Shown here piece by piece: positions 1 to 8,112 of a stretch of DNA of 32,000 nucleotides. Below the pieces are notes generated by a model, which was not told the origin of the DNA, ran no database searches, and saw only the letters and a program-made list of their open reading frames with translations. How positions within the stretch are numbered: the stretch's first letter is position 1; each line of letters starts with the position of its first letter. The stretch lies in contig NZ_CP066019.1 in NCBI RefSeq assembly GCF_016127575.1, positions 2,340,001 through 2,372,000 on the forward strand. The letters run 5' to 3'. The DNA is from Cupriavidus necator. Lineage in GTDB: Bacteria; Pseudomonadota; Gammaproteobacteria; Burkholderiales; Burkholderiaceae. Position numbers and translations under genes: made by a program.

Positions 1-1
1 A

Positions 2-1567
2 TCGCATGAACTGCAGCGCACCCTGACCTGGAAGGATGCCTTCTGGGTCACCAGCGGCGTGCCCGCGGGCGTGCTCTTCACCATCGGCGGCGTGTCCGCC
101 ACCATCGGCAACCCGGCCTGGGTGATCTGGATCCTCGCCATCCTGGTCGGCTTTGCGCAGTGCTTCGTCTATGCCGAGATCTCGGGCCTGTATCCGCACA
201 AATCCGGCGGCGCCTCGGTGTATGGCGCGCTCGGCTGGGTGCGCTACAGCAAGTTTGTCGCACCGGTCTCGGTGTGGTGCAACTGGGTGGCCTGGTCGCC
301 GATGCTGGCGCTGGGCACCAGCCTCGCCGCCGGCTACATGCTGAGCGCGCTGTTCCCGCCCGATTCGGTCATCAACACCTGGCAACTGACACTGGTGGAC
401 CTGGGCTTTGTCAGCAAAGGCCTGACGCTGCGGGTGAACTCCACCTTCATCCTGGCCACCGCCTTCCTGCTGGTCACCTTCAAGCTGCAGCACAGCGGCG
501 CCTCGGCCGCGGCCACCACGCAGCGCATCCTGGGCATTGCCTCGCTGACGCCGCTGGTGCTGATCGCGCTGGTGCCGATGTTCACCGGCGACATGCCGTC
601 CACCAACTTCCTGCCGCTGCTGCCGCTGACCCATGACGGCGCCGGCGCCCCGGTGCTGGGCGGCTGGAACGCCGCCGGCATCAGCACCGCCATGGGCGCG
701 ATGTTCCTGGCGTGCTGGTCGACCTTCGGCTTCGAGACCGCGGTCTGCTACACCCGCGAGTTCAAGGATCCGCAGAAGGACACCTTCAAGGCGATCTTCT
801 GGTCCGGCGTGCTGTGCCTGTTCATGTTCATCGCGGTGCCGATCGCCTTCCAGGGCTCGCTGGGCCTGTCGGGCATGCTGGAACCGGCCATCGTCGACGG
901 CTCCGGCGTGGGCGCGGCCATGGCCAAGTTCGTCGGCGGCGGCGCGGTGGTGTTCAACGTGATCGTGGTGATGCTGGTGCTGGCGATCCTGCTGATCGTG
1001 ATGACCTCGATGATGGGTTCGTCGCGCACGCTGTACCAGGCCTCGGTCGACGGCTGGCTGCCGCGCTACCTCTCGCACGTGAACGAGCACGGCTCGCCCA
1101 CGCGCGCGATGTGGACGGACCTGGTGTTCAACCTGTTCCTGCTGCTGATGTCGAACTACATGGCAGTGCTGTCGATCAGCAACGTCTGCTACATGATCTT
1201 CGTGTTCCTGAACCTGCAGTCGGGCTGGATCCACCGCATGGACCGCCCGGACTGGGCCCGCCCGTACAAGTGCAAGAACTGGCTGCTGGCACTGGGCGCG
1301 TTCTTCGGCTTCTTCGACCTGGCCTTCGTCGGCGCCGGCGCCAACTTCCAGGGCGAGCACACGCTGCGCAACGGCCTGATCGCCGCGCTGCTGATCGTGC
1401 CGGTGTTCGTGTACCGCCACTACATCCAGGACAAGGGCCGCTTCCCCGAGTCGATGCGCCGCGACATGGAGCTGCCCAATGCGCGCGCCGGCGTGCTGCC
1501 CTACGTGGCGCTGGTCGTCGGCGGGCTGGTGGTGTGGATCGCCGCCAGGCTGACGGTGATCACCTGA
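2..1567 (+). CDS. APC-superfamily amino acid/polyamine permease, 5'-truncated by the window edge
   Basis: The frame is open from nt 2 (SHELQRTLTWKDAFWVTSGVPAG...), so track ORF 59..1567 is only the part after an internal GTG. It has many hydrophobic helices and an APC-type N-terminal region (GGVSATIGNPAW...YAEISGLYPHKSGGASVYG). GC3 is high. Stop TGA at 1565-1567. Confidence 0.85.
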   Translation, partial: SHELQRTLTWKDAFWVTSGVPAGVLFTIGGVSATIGNPAWVIWILAILVGFAQCFVYAEISGLYPHKSGGASVYGALGWVRYSKFVAPVSVWCNWVAWSPMLALGTSLAAGYMLSALFPPDSVINTWQLTLVDLGFVSKGLTLRVNSTFILATAFLLVTFKLQHSGASAAATTQRILGIASLTPLVLIALVPMFTGDMPSTNFLPLLPLTHDGAGAPVLGGWNAAGISTAMGAMFLACWSTFGFETAVCYTREFKDPQKDTFKAIFWSGVLCLFMFIAVPIAFQGSLGLSGMLEPAIVDGSGVGAAMAKFVGGGAVVFNVIVVMLVLAILLIVMTSMMGSSRTLYQASVDGWLPRYLSHVNEHGSPTRAMWTDLVFNLFLLLMSNYMAVLSISNVCYMIFVFLNLQSGWIHRMDRPDWARPYKCKNWLLALGAFFGFFDLAFVGAGANFQGEHTLRNGLIAALLIVPVFVYRHYIQDKGRFPESMRRDMELPNARAGVLPYVALVVGGLVVWIAARLTVIT

Positions 1568-1574
1568 CGGCTCC

Positions 1575-1601
1575 GGCAGGCCGGCCCGGTGCCGGCCTGC
1601 C
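1575..1601 (+). terminator. Stem-loop just after the permease stop (candidate intrinsic terminator)
   Basis: Perfect 10-bp inverted repeat ggcaggccgg (1575-1584) / ccggcctgcc (1592-1601), starting 8 nt after the stop. It is followed by a C/T-rich tract (cccccttcccgatttccc) rather than a clean U-run. Confidence 0.4.
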
Positions 1602-1646
1602 CCCCTTCCCGATTTCCCTGCTTTCCCTGAATTCCGAGGTACCGCC

Positions 1647-2600
1647 ATGACTGACACGCTCCGCGTGCGCGTCGGCCGCGTCGAGCCGCTGGCCGCCGGC
1701 ATCAAGCGCTTCACCCTGCAACCCTGCGACGGCGGCGCGCTGCCCGCCTTCGACAGCGGCAGCCACGTGGTCGTCCATATGGACGGCGGCCGGCTGCGCA
1801 ACGCCTATTCGCTGACCAGCACGCTGGGCGAGCCCGGCCACTACCAGATCGCAGTGCGGCTGGAAGAGGCTTCGCGCGGCGGCTCGCGCTATATGCACGA
1901 GCAGGTCGGCGAAGGCGACGAACTGCATATCGGCGCGCCCGGCAACCTGTTCAGCCTGGACCACGGCGCCGGCCGCCACCTGCTGATCGCCGGCGGCATC
2001 GGCATCACGCCGTTCATGACGCATATCCAGGCGCTGGCCGCGCGCGGCGCGGCGTTCGAACTGCACTACTGCTTCCGCAACGCCCGTTCCACCGCCTTCC
2101 TGGACGTGCTGCCCGCCACGCTGCAGCCCGGCCAGCTTCACCTGTACGAGAGCGACAGCGGCACCATGCTCGACCTCGCCGCGCTGATCGCCGCGCAGCC
2201 TGCCGACACGCACGTCTATGTCTGCGGCCCGGCGCCGCTGAACGACGCCGTGGTCAACGCCGCGCGCGCCGCGGGCTGGGACGCGGGCCGCATCCACTTC
2301 GAGCAGTTCCGCAACGAGGTCGACGCCACCGGCGGCGCCTTCGAGGCCGTGCTGCAGAAAAGCGGGCTGACGCTGCAGGTCGGCGCCGACGAGCCGCTGC
2401 TGCGCGCCATCGAGAAGGCGGGCATCAAGGTAGACTGCATGTGCCGCGAAGGCATCTGCGGCTCCTGCGAGACCACCATCCTGGAAGGGCAGGCCGATCA
2501 CCGCGACCAGTACCTGTCGGATGCCGAAAAGGCTGCGCAGAAGACGATGATGCTGTGCGTGTCGCGCTGCAAGGGCCAGCGGCTGGTGCTGGATCTCTGA
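1647..2600 (+). CDS. PDR/VanB-family oxidoreductase (flavin + NAD(P)H + C-terminal plant-type 2Fe-2S ferredoxin; oxygenase reductase component)
   Basis: Flavin-binding RxYS motif (LRNAYSL), NAD-binding GGxGxxP (LLIAGGIGITPF), and a C-terminal cysteine cluster CREGICGSCET...MLCVSRC. GAGG lies upstream of the ATG. Confidence 0.9.
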   Translation: MTDTLRVRVGRVEPLAAGIKRFTLQPCDGGALPAFDSGSHVVVHMDGGRLRNAYSLTSTLGEPGHYQIAVRLEEASRGGSRYMHEQVGEGDELHIGAPGNLFSLDHGAGRHLLIAGGIGITPFMTHIQALAARGAAFELHYCFRNARSTAFLDVLPATLQPGQLHLYESDSGTMLDLAALIAAQPADTHVYVCGPAPLNDAVVNAARAAGWDAGRIHFEQFRNEVDATGGAFEAVLQKSGLTLQVGADEPLLRAIEKAGIKVDCMCREGICGSCETTILEGQADHRDQYLSDAEKAAQKTMMLCVSRCKGQRLVLDL

Positions 2601-2616
2601 CCATACTGAGGCCATT

Positions 2617-2634
2617 CGCAACCTTTCGGTTGCG
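2617..2634 (+). terminator. Short hairpin after the reductase gene (terminator or operator-like palindrome)
   Basis: cgcaacc-tttc-ggttgcg, a 7-bp perfect stem, 17 nt after the stop at 2600. There is no strong U-tract. It shares the half-site GCAAC/GTTGC with a second palindrome at 2659-2674. Confidence 0.3.
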
Positions 2635-2641
2635 CTTCCCC

Positions 2642-2703
2642 GTCCGGTCTCCTAACATGCAACCACAACGTTGCCCATTCATGCCTGAACAAGGAGACCG
2701 GAC
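2642..2703 (+). promoter_or_regulatory. Structured 5' leader: 12-bp perfect stem occluding the Shine-Dalgarno of the SRPBCC-ArsR operon
   Basis: gtccggtctcct (2642-2653) pairs perfectly with aggagaccggac (2692-2703). The right arm contains AGGAGA and ends one nt before the ATG at 2704. The 38-nt loop holds an inner 5-bp hairpin gcaac/gttgc (2659-2674). Confidence 0.4.
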
Positions 2704-3168
2704 ATGGCTTCATCCACCGACCGCATCGAGCGCAGCATCCTGCTGGCCGCCCCCATCGAACGCGTCTGGCATGCACTGGCCGACGCCGACACCTTCGGCA
2801 GCTGGTTTGGCGTGAAATTCGACGGCGTGACCTTCGCCCCAGGCCAGCGTGCCGTGGGCAGCATCACCTATCCCGGTTATGAATACCTGAAGTTCGACGT
2901 AGAGGTCGAGCGCATGGAACCACCGAGGCTGCTGTCCTGGCGCTGGCATCCGGCGCCGATGGAGCGCGGCCGCGACTATTCGGCCGAACCGCCCACGCTG
3001 GTGGTGTTCGAGTTGAAGGAAGCCGAAGGCGGCACGCTGCTGACCGTGGTCGAATCCGGCTTCGACCAGATCCCGCCCGAACGCCGCATGGAAGCCTTCC
3101 GCATGAACAGCGGCGGCTGGGACGGGCAGATGGAAAACATCCGCAAGCATGTCAGCGGCGCAGCCTGA
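2704..3168 (+). CDS. SRPBCC (START/AHSA1-like) domain protein
   Basis: 154 aa. The IERSILLAAPIERVWHALAD... start and ...GGWDGQMENIRKHV end are typical of AHSA1/SRPBCC proteins that pair with ArsR regulators. Strong SD. Overlaps the next gene by 20 nt. Confidence 0.8.
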   Translation: MASSTDRIERSILLAAPIERVWHALADADTFGSWFGVKFDGVTFAPGQRAVGSITYPGYEYLKFDVEVERMEPPRLLSWRWHPAPMERGRDYSAEPPTLVVFELKEAEGGTLLTVVESGFDQIPPERRMEAFRMNSGGWDGQMENIRKHVSGAA

Positions 3169-3505
3169 AACCCCGCCCGCGCTCGAACTGCGCGATGCGG
3201 CGACCGTCTTCGCCGCGCTTGGCGACGAAACCCGGCTGCGGCTGGTGGCAGCGCTGTGCGCGGGCGGCGCGCTGTCGATCGCGCAGCTGACCGCGGGCAG
3301 CGCCATGACGCGCCAGGCGGTCACCAAGCACCTGCAGGTGCTGGCGCAGGCCGGGCTGGTGCGCGACAGCCGCGCCGGCCGCGAGCGCCTGTGGCAGTTC
3401 GAGCCCGGCCAGGTCGAAGCCGCGCGCCGGTCGCTGGAAGCGATCGGGCGGCAATGGGATTTTGCGCTGGCAAAGCTGAAGCTGGCGGTGGAAGCCGAGC
3501 ATTGA
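3149..3505 (+). CDS. ArsR/SmtB-family winged-helix transcriptional regulator
   Basis: 118 aa with FAALGDETRLRLVAALCAGGALSIAQLTAGSAMTRQAVTKHLQVLAQAGLV, the ArsR HTH signature. The ATG overlaps the 3' end of the SRPBCC gene. Confidence 0.85.
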   Translation: MSAAQPETPPALELRDAATVFAALGDETRLRLVAALCAGGALSIAQLTAGSAMTRQAVTKHLQVLAQAGLVRDSRAGRERLWQFEPGQVEAARRSLEAIGRQWDFALAKLKLAVEAEH

Positions 3506-3548
3506 CCTCCCCCCGCACGCCAGCGGTTTGCTCCCCTCTCGCAAGCAA

Positions 3549-3576
3549 TGGACACCCTTTCACTCGCCGCTATACT
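3549..3576 (+). promoter_or_regulatory. Candidate sigma70 promoter for the efflux operon
   Basis: TGGACA (3549-3554), 16 nt, TATACT (3571-3576). Each hexamer matches consensus at 5/6 positions. It lies 37 nt upstream of the GTG at 3613. Confidence 0.3.
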
Positions 3577-3612
3577 GGGAGCCCCGCCCATCACAGCGAG
3601 AGGAAGCGCGCA

Positions 3613-4827
3613 GTGGCTGACCACGACCTGTCCAGGCTGAAAATCGACCGGAGCGCCGCCGCGGCCGGCGCCGGCATCCGCCCCCGGCGCAGGTGGCTGC
3701 GCTATGCAGTGATCGCGCTGGCCGTGCTGGCCCTGGCCGGCATCGCCATGAAGCTGGCCGGGCCGCAGGCGGTGCAGACCGCCACCGTCACCTCCGCCTA
3801 TCCCACGCAGAATTTCACCGTGCTCAATGCCACCGGCTATGTCGTGCCGCAGCGCAAGGCGGCGGTCGCGTCCAAGGCGCAGGGCCGGCTGGAATGGCTG
3901 GGCGTGCTGGAAGGCTCGCGCGTGAAGAAGGACGAGATCATCGCACGGCTGGAGAGCAAGGACGTCGCCGCCTCGTTCGCGCAGGCCCAGGCACAGGTCC
4001 AGGTGGCGCAGGCCAACCTGGCGCTGCAGCAGGCCGAGCTGAAGGACGCCGAGGTGAACCTGCGCCGCTCGAAGATCCTGATCGTGCCGAACGCCATCTC
4101 GCGCACCCAGTACGACGCCGACGTGGCGCGCTTTGACAAGGCGCGGGCCTCGGTCAACAGTTCGCGCGCGGCGATCGCCTCGGCCCAGGCCAATGCCCGC
4201 GCGGCCGAGGTCGCGGTGGAGCAGACCGTGGTGCGCGCGCCCTTCGATGGCGTGGTACTGGTCAAGCATGCCAACGTGGGCGACAACATCACGCCCTTCT
4301 CTGCCGCCGCCGACACCAAGGGCGCGATCGTGACCATCGCCGACATGGAGACGCTGGAGGTGGAAGCCGATGTCGCCGAATCCAATATCGGCAAGATCCG
4401 CGCCAACCAGCCGTGCGAGCTGCTGCTGGATGCGCTGCCGGGATTGCGGCTGGCGGGGCAAGTGTCGCGCATCGTGCCGACGGTGGACCGCTCCAAGGCC
4501 ACCGTGCTGGTCAAGGTGCGCTTTGTCGACCGCGATGCGCGCGTGCTGCCGGACATGAGCGCCAAGATCGCCTTCCTGTCGCGCACCGCCTCGGCGCAGG
4601 ACCGCCAGCCGGTGGTGGCGGTGCAGCCCGCCGCCGTGGTCACGCGCCAGGGCCGGGAGCTGGCCTATGTGGTGAAGGACGGCCGTGCGCATGAGGTGCA
4701 GGTCAAGACCGGCGACAAGCTGGGCGAACTGGTGGCCGTGCAGGGCGTCAAGCCCGGCGACGTGCTGGTGCTGTCGCCGGCCGACAATCTCGGCGACGGC
4801 GACCGCATCACCGTGGCCAAGCCGTAG
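3613..4827 (+). CDS. Periplasmic adaptor subunit (HlyD/MacA-like membrane fusion protein)
   Basis: Start re-set from the track's 3256 to the GTG at 3613, which is preceded by gagaggaag. N-terminus VADHDLSRLKIDR, one TM helix (YAVIALAVLALAGIAM), a coiled-coil-rich middle (AQAQVQVAQANLALQQAELKDAEVNL) and a beta-barrel C-terminus. Confidence 0.85.
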   Translation: MADHDLSRLKIDRSAAAAGAGIRPRRRWLRYAVIALAVLALAGIAMKLAGPQAVQTATVTSAYPTQNFTVLNATGYVVPQRKAAVASKAQGRLEWLGVLEGSRVKKDEIIARLESKDVAASFAQAQAQVQVAQANLALQQAELKDAEVNLRRSKILIVPNAISRTQYDADVARFDKARASVNSSRAAIASAQANARAAEVAVEQTVVRAPFDGVVLVKHANVGDNITPFSAAADTKGAIVTIADMETLEVEADVAESNIGKIRANQPCELLLDALPGLRLAGQVSRIVPTVDRSKATVLVKVRFVDRDARVLPDMSAKIAFLSRTASAQDRQPVVAVQPAAVVTRQGRELAYVVKDGRAHEVQVKTGDKLGELVAVQGVKPGDVLVLSPADNLGDGDRITVAKP

Positions 4828-4837
4828 AGAGGACCAC

Positions 4838-5530
4838 ATGAGCGCAGCACCGCTGGTGCAGATCAGCCACCTCGCCAAATCCTACCGGCGCGGCGTGCAG
4901 ACCGTGCCGGTGCTGACCGATATTTCGCTCGATATCGGCGAAGGCGAATTTGTTGCGCTGATGGGACCGTCGGGCTCGGGCAAGAGCACGCTGCTGAACC
5001 TGATCGCCGGCATCGACCGGCCCGACAGCGGCACGCTGCATGTGGCGGGGCTGGACATCACGCGGCTGCCGGAGGCCGAGCTGGCCGACTGGCGCGCCGC
5101 CAATGTCGGCTTTATCTTCCAGTTCTATAACCTGATGCCGGTGCTGACCGCGTTCGAGAACGTGGAGCTGCCGCTGATGCTGACCAGCCTGCCACGTGCG
5201 GAGCGTCGTGCGCGCGTGGAACTGGTGCTGGACATGGTCAACCTGGCCGACCGCATGAGCCACTACCCGTCGGAGCTGTCGGGCGGCCAGCAGCAGCGCG
5301 TGGCGATTGCGCGCGCGCTGATCACCGACCCCGCGCTGATCGTCGCCGACGAGCCCACCGGCGACCTCGACCGCACCTCCGCCGCCGAGATCCTGGCGAT
5401 GATGCAGCGGCTCAATGCCGATGCCGGCAAGACCATCATCATGGTCACGCACGATGCCCACGCCGCGGCCGCGGCCGGGTCGCTGGTGCACCTGGAGAAG
5501 GGAGAGTTGATCCGTGGCGAGATTGCCTAA
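4838..5530 (+). CDS. ABC transporter ATP-binding protein (MacB/LolD-type)
   Basis: Start re-set to the ATG at 4838, 11 nt after the adaptor stop, preceded by agagagga. Walker A GPSGSGKST, signature LSGGQQQRVAIARAL, Walker B LIVADEPTGDLD. Confidence 0.9.
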   Translation: MSAAPLVQISHLAKSYRRGVQTVPVLTDISLDIGEGEFVALMGPSGSGKSTLLNLIAGIDRPDSGTLHVAGLDITRLPEAELADWRAANVGFIFQFYNLMPVLTAFENVELPLMLTSLPRAERRARVELVLDMVNLADRMSHYPSELSGGQQQRVAIARALITDPALIVADEPTGDLDRTSAAEILAMMQRLNADAGKTIIMVTHDAHAAAAAGSLVHLEKGELIRGEIA

Positions 5531-5536
5531 GTCGTC

Positions 5537-6691
5537 ATGTACGCACTCAAGCTGATCACCCGCAACGCGCTGCGGCACAAGCTGCGCACCACGCTGACGG
5601 TGTTCGGGTTGGTGATCGCGGTACTGGCGTTCGGGCTGCTGCAGACGGTGATCGATGCCTGGTATGCGGGCGCGTCTGCAGCATCCAGCGCGCGGCTGGT
5701 CACGCGCAATGCGATCTCGCTGGTGTTTCCGCTGCCGCTGAGCTACGAAAGCCGCATCAGGGGCGTCGACGGCGTGACCTCGGTGGCGCGCTCCAACTGG
5801 TTCGGCGGCGTCTACCGCGATCCCAAGAACTTCTTCGCGCAGTTCGCGGTATCCGATAACTACCTCGACCTCTATCCGGAATTCATCGTGCCCGACCAGC
5901 AGCGCGCCGACTACCAGCGCGACCGCAAGGGCGCGCTGGTCGGGCGCCAGCTGGCCGACCAGTTCGGCTTCAAGCTTGGCGACGTGGTCCCGATCAAGGG
6001 CACCATCTACCCCGGCACCTGGGAGTTCGTGGTGCGCGGCATCATGGAAGGGCGCGACGAGAGCACCATCACGCGCCAGATGGTGTTCCACTGGGAATAC
6101 CTGAACGAGACCGTGCGCAAGCGCACCCCGCGCCAGGCCGACCAGGTCGGCGTCTTTGTGCTGGGCGTGGACAACCCCGACAACACCGCCGCGATCTCGC
6201 GCAATGTCGATGCGGTGTTCCGCAATTCACTGGCGGAGACGCTGACCGAGACCGAGCAGGCCTTCCAGCTGGGCTTTGTCGCCATGTCCAACCAGATCAT
6301 CGCGGCGATCCGCGTGGTGTCCTACGTGGTGATCGTGATCATCATGGCGGTGATGGCCAATGCCATGGCGATGAGCGCACGCGAGCGCACCGTGGAATAC
6401 GCCACGCTCAAGGCGCTGGGCTTCGGCCCCGGCTTCCTGGCGCTGCTGGTGTTCGGCGAGTCGCTGGCGATCTGCGTGGCCGGCGGCGCGCTCGGCATGC
6501 TGGCGACGCCGCCGGTGGCAAGCGCCTTCAAGCAGGCCGTTGGCGGCGTGTTCCCGGTCTTCACCGTGTCGCCCCAGACCATGCAGCTGCAGGCGGCCTG
6601 CGCGCTGGCGGTGGGCGTCTTTGCCGGCATCGTGCCGGCGGTGCAGGCTGCGCGCGTGCGCATCGTCGAGGGCCTGCGGGCCATCGGCTAG
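5537..6691 (+). CDS. ABC transporter permease, FtsX/MacB-type (permease 1)
   Basis: N-terminus MYALKLITRNALRHKLRT with a TM helix, a large periplasmic domain, and a C-terminal FtsX 3-TM bundle (TLKALGFGPGFL...). Confidence 0.85.
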   Translation: MYALKLITRNALRHKLRTTLTVFGLVIAVLAFGLLQTVIDAWYAGASAASSARLVTRNAISLVFPLPLSYESRIRGVDGVTSVARSNWFGGVYRDPKNFFAQFAVSDNYLDLYPEFIVPDQQRADYQRDRKGALVGRQLADQFGFKLGDVVPIKGTIYPGTWEFVVRGIMEGRDESTITRQMVFHWEYLNETVRKRTPRQADQVGVFVLGVDNPDNTAAISRNVDAVFRNSLAETLTETEQAFQLGFVAMSNQIIAAIRVVSYVVIVIIMAVMANAMAMSARERTVEYATLKALGFGPGFLALLVFGESLAICVAGGALGMLATPPVASAFKQAVGGVFPVFTVSPQTMQLQAACALAVGVFAGIVPAVQAARVRIVEGLRAIG

Positions 6692-6706
6692 CGCGCGGAG
6701 GCTGAT

Positions 6707-7873
6707 GTGGCGATCCCGCTGACCTATATCGCGCGCAACCTGTGGGCCAGGCGCCTGACCACCGCGCTGACCGCGGGCGGGCTGGCGCTGGTGGTGTTCG
6801 TCTTTGCCACCATGCTGATGCTGGACGCCGGCCTGAAGAAGACCCTGGTCACCACCGGCGAGCAGAACAACGTGGTGCTGATCCGCAAGGGCGCCGAGAC
6901 CGAGATCCAGAGCTCGGTCAACCGCGACCAAGCCAGCATCATGGAGATGCACCCGGCCGTGGCCATGAGCGGCGCTGGCCGGCCGCTGGCCTCGCGCGAG
7001 GCGGTGGTGCTGATCTCGCTTACCAAGACCAGCACCGGGCAGCCGTCCAACGTCGTGATCCGCGGCATCTCGCCGCCGGGCATGGACCTGCGCCCGCAGG
7101 TGCGGCTGGTGACCGGACGCATGTTCCGGCCGGGCTCGTCCGAGATCATCGTCGGCAGCAGCATCGCCGGCGGCTTTGCCGGGGTGCAGATCGGCGAGCA
7201 CCTGCGCTTTGCCCAGCGCGACTGGACCGTGGTCGGCCACTTCGACGCCGGCGGCAGCGGCTTCGACTCCGAGATCTGGGGCGACGTGGACCAGCTGATG
7301 CAGTCGTTCCGGCGCAATGCGTATTCGTCGATGGTGGTGCGGCTGGCGGATTCGGCGCTGTTCGACCGCTTTCGCGCCGATATCGACGTCGACCCGCGGC
7401 TGGCCGACGAGGCCAAGCGCGAGCAGGCCTTCTACAGCGACCAGTCCAAGGCGCTGTCCAGCTTTATCAAGATCCTCGGCTTCACGCTGTCCACCATCTT
7501 TTCGGTCGCGGCGATGATCGGCGCCATGATCACCATGTACGCCTCGGTGGCCAACCGCGTGGCGGAGATCGGCACGCTGCGCGCGCTGGGTTTCAAGCGC
7601 GTCAACGTGCTGACCGCCTTCCTGATCGAAGCCGCGCTGCTGGGGCTGGTGGGCGGCATCGCAGGCCTTGCGTGCGCCACGCTGATGCAGTTCGCGTCGT
7701 TCTCGACCACCAACTTCCAGACCTTCGCGGACCTCTCGTTCCGCTTCATCCTGACCCCGGCCATCGCGCTGCAGACGCTGGCGTTCTCGATGGTGATGGG
7801 GCTGGCGGGCGGATTCCTGCCGGCGGTGCGGGCGGCGCGAATGAATATCGTGGACGCGTTGCGGGCGCGCTGA
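6707..7873 (+). CDS. ABC transporter permease, FtsX/MacB-type (permease 2)
   Basis: GTG start preceded by GGAGG (6697-6701). N-terminus IARNLWARRLTTALT, C-terminal FtsX module (TLRALGFKRVNVLTAFLIEAALLG). It is a paralog of the preceding permease, not identical to it. Confidence 0.85.
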   Translation: MAIPLTYIARNLWARRLTTALTAGGLALVVFVFATMLMLDAGLKKTLVTTGEQNNVVLIRKGAETEIQSSVNRDQASIMEMHPAVAMSGAGRPLASREAVVLISLTKTSTGQPSNVVIRGISPPGMDLRPQVRLVTGRMFRPGSSEIIVGSSIAGGFAGVQIGEHLRFAQRDWTVVGHFDAGGSGFDSEIWGDVDQLMQSFRRNAYSSMVVRLADSALFDRFRADIDVDPRLADEAKREQAFYSDQSKALSSFIKILGFTLSTIFSVAAMIGAMITMYASVANRVAEIGTLRALGFKRVNVLTAFLIEAALLGLVGGIAGLACATLMQFASFSTTNFQTFADLSFRFILTPAIALQTLAFSMVMGLAGGFLPAVRAARMNIVDALRAR

Positions 7874-7914
7874 GCGAGGGTTCGCTCCCCTCTCCCGCAA
7901 GCGGGAGAGGGAGC
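7872..7914. repeat. REP-like double hairpin (also a plausible operon terminator)
   Basis: gagcga-gggt-tcgctc (7872-7887) is followed by gctcccctctcccgc / gcgggagagggagc (7884-7914), a stem of about 14 bp with one bulge closed on a GCAA tetraloop. Related CCCTCTC-GC motifs occur at 3530-3546 and 21598-21632. Confidence 0.5.
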
Positions 7915-8112
7915 ACGGCATCGGCATTCACGGCCCGGTAGTCGCTGCGCCCCACCCCCAACCTTTCCTTGCCTTATTCCACCCGCGCGTCTACAACCCG
8001 TAGTGATGCATGCTCCCCGTCAGGCATTGCCGGCGGCCAGTGCACCCCCGGCACGGCCAGCGGCGCCCGATGGCAAGGTACCCCCGCAACCCTCTCCGCC
8101 AGGACGCCCCCG

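Noticed and set aside
3256-3612. N-terminal extensions given by the ORF track (3256, 4685, 7969, 14332, 18190, 19736, 19764, 20713, 21718, 25394, 27650, 27690)
   Set aside because: The extensions overlap upstream genes or intergenic DNA and encode Arg/Pro-rich junk. Internal starts give proper signal peptides or N-termini and have Shine-Dalgarno sequences at the right distance.
2710-4878. 722-aa minus-strand ORF, and similar long antisense ORFs at 1560..2621(-), 4808..6091(-), 6227..7927(-), 8020..9489(-), 9215..10192(-), 10830..11711(+), 12779..14029(+), 14502..16313(-), 18018..19745(+), 20327..21286(-), 25075..26628(+), 28002..28772(-), 29164..29973(-), 30523..31476(-)
   Set aside because: All lie antisense or out of frame to genes with clear family motifs. 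Their products are Arg/Gly/Ala/His/Pro-rich low-complexity strings with no recognisable domains. Stop-poor alternative frames are expected at this GC content.
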